Shown here: one piece after another, positions 6,468-9,239 of the stretch
Numbering within the stretch: the first letter of the stretch is position 1
Layout: every line of letters begins with the position of its first letter
Source of the DNA: Candidatus Iainarchaeum sp.
Lineage (GTDB): Archaea; Iainarchaeota; Iainarchaeia; Iainarchaeales; 0-14-0-20-30-16
Assembly: GCA_903916665.1 (NCBI GenBank)
Contig: CAIWXP010000195.1
Span: forward strand, 1-9,239
Length of the DNA stretch: 9,239 nt
Direction of reading: 5' to 3'
Notes under the pieces: model-generated
Seen by the model: the letters and a program-made list of their open reading frames with translations, nothing else
Told to the model about the DNA's origin: nothing
Database searches by the model: none
Position numbers and translations under genes: made by a program

Positions 6468-7115
6468 TTAACCATAAATAACTAATAATATATAGGTACC
6501 AATAAAAGCTACCAATGAAATAATCCAAAGCAATTTATTCCAAACAAATACTTTAAATCCATCTAATGGTGGAATGGGTAATAAATTAAAAGCACCTAAA
6601 AATAAATTAATGCTTGCAACACCAAAAAACAAATACATTAAATAGGTTTGTCCAATAAAAAATTTCCAAACAAAGCCTAAAGTAATTGCTATGCTTGCTA
6701 TAATAAAATTAGATAGGGGGCCAGCAATAGAAATAATTCCATTTTCTTTTTTTGTTATGTTTTTGCCCCAAATATATACTGCTCCTGGCGCAGCAAAAAC
6801 AAAACCACCAGATGTAATTAATGATAATACTACTGCAAATATTAAACCCATTGGCCAAACAAAAAATCTTGCCGATGCTCCATAGTGTATTGCAACAAAT
6901 TTATGAGCTAATTCATGAAAAATAAATCCTGTTAAAGTACCCAATAAAATTATAGGCATCATAACCAACATACTAGGGAATCCAGAAACACCTTTCCAAG
7001 AAAATGCAAATGTTATTGCAACCCACGCGATTAATATTTGAAATAGCTCTTGTTTTTTAATTGCAAAATCTTTTTTATTTTCAGTTTCGGGGTTATAATA
7101 TATTTCTGGCTCCAT
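6468..7115 (-). CDS. Peptidase M50 family (site-2 protease-like) integral membrane zinc metalloprotease, minimal form without PDZ
   Basis: HELAH (6903-6917) lies within a TM helix. The second family signature, NLLPIPPLDG (N-x-x-P-x-x-x-L-D-G, the third zinc ligand Asp), lies in a later TM helix. About 6 hydrophobic segments are present. The gene begins 23 nt after the thyA stop, with AGGT upstream. Confidence 0.85.
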   Translation of the reverse strand: MEPEIYYNPETENKKDFAIKKQELFQILIAWVAITFAFSWKGVSGFPSMLVMMPIILLGTLTGFIFHELAHKFVAIHYGASARFFVWPMGLIFAVVLSLITSGGFVFAAPGAVYIWGKNITKKENGIISIAGPLSNFIIASIAITLGFVWKFFIGQTYLMYLFFGVASINLFLGAFNLLPIPPLDGFKVFVWNKLLWIISLVAFIGTYILLVIYG

Positions 7116-7138
7116 AAATAAATTACCTGTATTCTATT

Positions 7139-8527
7139 TTAATTCTTATCTATTTTTAGTTCTTGATCTTGTACGTAATTCAAACCGTTTTTTAATGCAA
7201 TTTCTGCTTTTTCTAATTCTGTTCCTAAATAGATTGCATGATGCGTTTGAGAAATAGTTAAATCTAATTCTAATTGTTCATATAGTTCTTTAACATTGCT
7301 TCCAAAATATTCTTTTAATTTTAATCCTTCTGGACTTAATCTAGTAACTTTAATTTTATCCTTTTCTAAAGATACTATTAAATTTCCTCTGGGATCTGGG
7401 GTGCATAGTAATTTATAGTATTTATCTACTTTATTTTTTGCTGTTGAAATATCATTTTCATAGATATGTGCAGAATTACTTATTGTTGTTAAAGCCCCCA
7501 TAGATATATTTAATTCATTACAAATATTTTGTTGTAAATTTCTTAATCCAAAAGCATTTAATGGCCATCCTTTTAACATATCGTTTGATCTAATATAAAC
7601 AGTAAAATATAGTCTATTATTTTTAATAGTTGCCTGCACACTTATTACACAAGGTGGTTGACTATTTGATGCATCTTTATTTGGATCCCAAGTTGTTGCA
7701 AAAGCCCTTCTACTTTCTTTTCTTCGTTTTAATTCATTGATTATTTCTTGTATTTGATCAACTTTAAATTGTGAAAAAAATCTTTGACCATAGGTGTAAT
7801 TTACACCTTCAAAACTTTTATTTGAAGTAATTTGTTCAGAGTATTTTTCAATTTCTTTTTCCGTTAATTTTAAAAAATCAGGTAAGAATTTATCATTTAA
7901 ATCTTCATTGGTTACGGTTATTAAATTTAATATTTCTCTTTGTTTTATTCCATGATCTCCGTCTTTTATTGTTCCAAAATCTAATATTGTTTTTATTACT
8001 TTTAACCAACAATTTGCAATTTTTTCTTCTCTAATTATTATGGTTGAATCTTCAACAGGATAGGTTTCTGAAAAGGTTTCTAAAGTAGGAATTATAATCG
8101 CATTATCATAGGGATCCAATTGTTGTAAACTATTTATTTTTTCTTGAATTAATAAATAATTATTTTCACCAATCATATCAATAATTTTTATGTTCTTTCT
8201 TAATTTTTCTATTTCTTCAATAGTTATACTTTTATCCAATTCTAAATCTAATCCTGAAAAGAAATTTATTAGTTTTTTCCCAGTTCCTGAAAGATCTTGA
8301 CCGCATATGATTAAATATCTAATATGTCTATTAGCACAAAGATTTTTTAATAAATAATTTATTCCGTCATGAGAATATAATTGGCCAATGGTATTGTAAT
8401 TTTCGACTTCTTTAAAAAGTATTTTTTTAGACCAAAGCGTAACTATTCCAACACTATGTTTTTCATTTTTAGTTATTAGAAGTTCTTTAAAATAAATTGG
8501 CCAGTTTTCTGAAATAAAATTAGACAT
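7139..8527 (-). CDS. thyA: Thymidylate synthase (ThyA type) with an N-terminal MtrA-like domain and a C-terminal DUF4346-like domain
   Basis: The core (about residues 160-372) contains RRAFATTWDPNKD....QPPCVISVQATIKNNRLYFTVYIRSNDMLKGWPLNAFG...NSAHIYEN. This aligns with the ThyA motifs R-R-x-x-x-x-W-N-P, P-C (catalytic Cys293 at 7649-7651), Y-x-R-S-x-D, G-x-P-x-N and H-x-Y. The N-terminal ~140 aa (WPIYF...VGIVTLWS...IRYLIICGQDLSGTG...IKIIDMIGENN) follow the MtrA-family pattern as I recall it. The C-terminal ~85 aa (PDPRGNLIV...HHAIYLGTELEKAEIAL..GLNYVQD) resemble the DUF4346 pattern. Confidence 0.9.
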   Translation of the reverse strand: MSNFISENWPIYFKELLITKNEKHSVGIVTLWSKKILFKEVENYNTIGQLYSHDGINYLLKNLCANRHIRYLIICGQDLSGTGKKLINFFSGLDLELDKSITIEEIEKLRKNIKIIDMIGENNYLLIQEKINSLQQLDPYDNAIIIPTLETFSETYPVEDSTIIIREEKIANCWLKVIKTILDFGTIKDGDHGIKQREILNLITVTNEDLNDKFLPDFLKLTEKEIEKYSEQITSNKSFEGVNYTYGQRFFSQFKVDQIQEIINELKRRKESRRAFATTWDPNKDASNSQPPCVISVQATIKNNRLYFTVYIRSNDMLKGWPLNAFGLRNLQQNICNELNISMGALTTISNSAHIYENDISTAKNKVDKYYKLLCTPDPRGNLIVSLEKDKIKVTRLSPEGLKLKEYFGSNVKELYEQLELDLTISQTHHAIYLGTELEKAEIALKNGLNYVQDQELKIDKN

Positions 8528-8548
8528 ATATTAGAAACAAAGTAGTGC

Positions 8549-8556
8549 TTTATATT
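8549..8556 (-). promoter_or_regulatory. TATA-box-like element for thyA
   Basis: The minus strand reads AATATAAA, centred about 25 nt upstream of the thyA ATG (8527). No Shine-Dalgarno is present. This is consistent with a leaderless archaeal transcript. Confidence 0.4.
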
Positions 8557-8565
8557 ACTATTTAC

Positions 8566-8584
8566 TAGACATAATTTATGTCTA
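8566..8584. repeat. Perfect 19-bp palindrome TAGACATAA-T-TTATGTCTA
   Basis: Two 9-bp arms are separated by a 1-nt spacer. The palindrome overlaps the stop codon (8582-8584) of the YdjM-like gene and lies just upstream of the thyA TATA-like box. The 8-mer TATGTCTA recurs across the thyA start codon (8521-8528 on the plus strand reads tagacata). Confidence 0.85.
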
Positions 8585-9088
8585 TTTGTTATACTGTTTT
8601 TTCTTTTCACATTTTATTTTAAATGTTAAAAAAATTATAAATATTATTATTAAAAATGCATCCAATAATCCATAAATATCTATAAATTTATAGGGCTCCA
8701 ATAGATGTAATCTAAACAATTGTGTTGTAAATGGATAAAACAACATTAATGAATAGGCGCCGCCGCCCAAAACAAAATCAGTCAAGATGTGTAGTGCCGT
8801 ACCAACTGTTAAAATTAAACCATAGATTCCAAATTCTTTATTTTTTGTGTAAATTATTAAACCAATGCATAATAAAATTAAAACAAAGCCAAAACTGTGA
8901 AAAAAACCACCATGCCCAAAGAAACTATTACTGATTCCAAAATATTTTAAAATCCAGCCAATTATAAAATCAAAATCGGGTAATAGGCCAGAAAACATAG
9001 CAAATATTGCCCAATATTTTCCTAATTTGTTTCTAAACGGATAAAATAAAAAAAGACTAATTAAAACATGGGTTGTAGGATTAGGCAT
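8582..9088 (-). CDS. YdjM/DUF457 family membrane-bound putative metal-dependent hydrolase
   Basis: This is a small polytopic membrane protein with the spaced His/Asp pattern of the family: N-terminal TH, LPDFDFI, HGGFFHS and HILTDF. The supplied ORF begins at a GTG (9097). I prefer the in-frame ATG at 9088 (MPNPTTHVL...), which gives the family-typical short N-terminus. Confidence 0.75.
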   Translation of the reverse strand: MPNPTTHVLISLFLFYPFRNKLGKYWAIFAMFSGLLPDFDFIIGWILKYFGISNSFFGHGGFFHSFGFVLILLCIGLIIYTKNKEFGIYGLILTVGTALHILTDFVLGGGAYSLMLFYPFTTQLFRLHLLEPYKFIDIYGLLDAFLIIIFIIFLTFKIKCEKKKQYNK

Positions 9089-9239
9089 AAATATCACATC
9101 TGTTTTATGCTATCTGTCGTAATTTTTCGATTGATTTGAGAAAATTAATGGCAGCATTTTTTGCACTCTCTCCATCGGGTTTTGTTGAGGAGGAAATCAA
9201 ATCTTCATCCTTCCTAAAATCATAGTCATATCAGATCGG

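Noticed and set aside
5728-8934. Plus-strand ORFs at 5728-5937, 6691-6885 and 8731-8934, antisense to the deaminase, M50 and YdjM-like genes
   Set aside because: Each overlaps the conserved motifs of a well-supported minus-strand gene. None has a recognisable motif or translation signal. They are shadow ORFs.
9098-9239. A ~140-bp region at the right edge, somewhat more G+C-rich, with a strong SD-like GAGGAGGAAA (9187-9196) and a possible anti-SD pairing of TCTCC (9169-9173) with GGAGG (9189-9193)
   Set aside because: No ATG, GTG or TTG lies at a usable distance downstream of the GGAGG. All six frames contain stops or give only peptides of 25 aa or fewer (for example MAAFFALSPSGFVEEEIKSSSFLKS from 9148). 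I recognise no tRNA, rRNA or SRP-RNA signature. It is probably the promoter or 5' region of the YdjM-like gene, or of a gene beyond the window. There is too little sequence to call.
9200-9239. C/D-box sRNA-like elements on the minus strand (CTGA, ATGA, GGATGAAGA)
   Set aside because: The candidate C box has a mismatch to RUGAUGA. The box order and spacing do not give a C-D'-C'-D arrangement, and no terminal stem is present. In AT-rich sequence these tetramers are expected by chance.
1-9239. A scan for CRISPR repeats, transposase or integrase genes, toxin-antitoxin pairs and known defence-system signatures
   Set aside because: No regularly spaced direct repeats are present. No ORF carries DDE, tyrosine- or serine-recombinase, nuclease or defence-type NTPase motifs. 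Every sizeable ORF is accounted for by housekeeping families or by the two small orphan genes.

Overview
This is a strongly AT-rich, gene-dense window with about ten genes and short intergenic gaps. All three standard stop codons are used. The gene content points to an archaeon: an RFC large-subunit homologue, secF-before-secD order, a class III (prepilin-like) signal peptide, and TATA-like boxes about 25 nt upstream of start codons. The AT-richness and compact layout would fit a small-genome DPANN-type lineage, but that placement is inference only. The plus strand carries the 3' end of an N/T/S-rich cysteine-pair protein (probably secreted), then secF and secD. These are followed by a two-gene unit (a small pilin-like protein and an 80-aa acidic helical protein) and a divergent RFC large subunit. 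The minus strand carries a YdjM/DUF457-type membrane hydrolase, a long three-domain thymidylate synthase, a small M50 (site-2) metalloprotease, and a P-loop-kinase-like::dCMP deaminase fusion. I see no CRISPR array, transposase, integrase, rRNA or tRNA, and no recognisable defence genes. The window is mostly housekeeping. The points worth following up are: (1) unusual domain architectures in the dTMP-synthesis genes; (2) a possible C-terminal PCNA-interacting motif on the orphan 80-aa protein next to the clamp-loader gene; (3) an exact 22-nt repeat shared in frame by secF and secD; (4) a few palindromic or inverted-repeat elements in intergenic regions. All homology calls come from reading motifs by eye and no searches were run.
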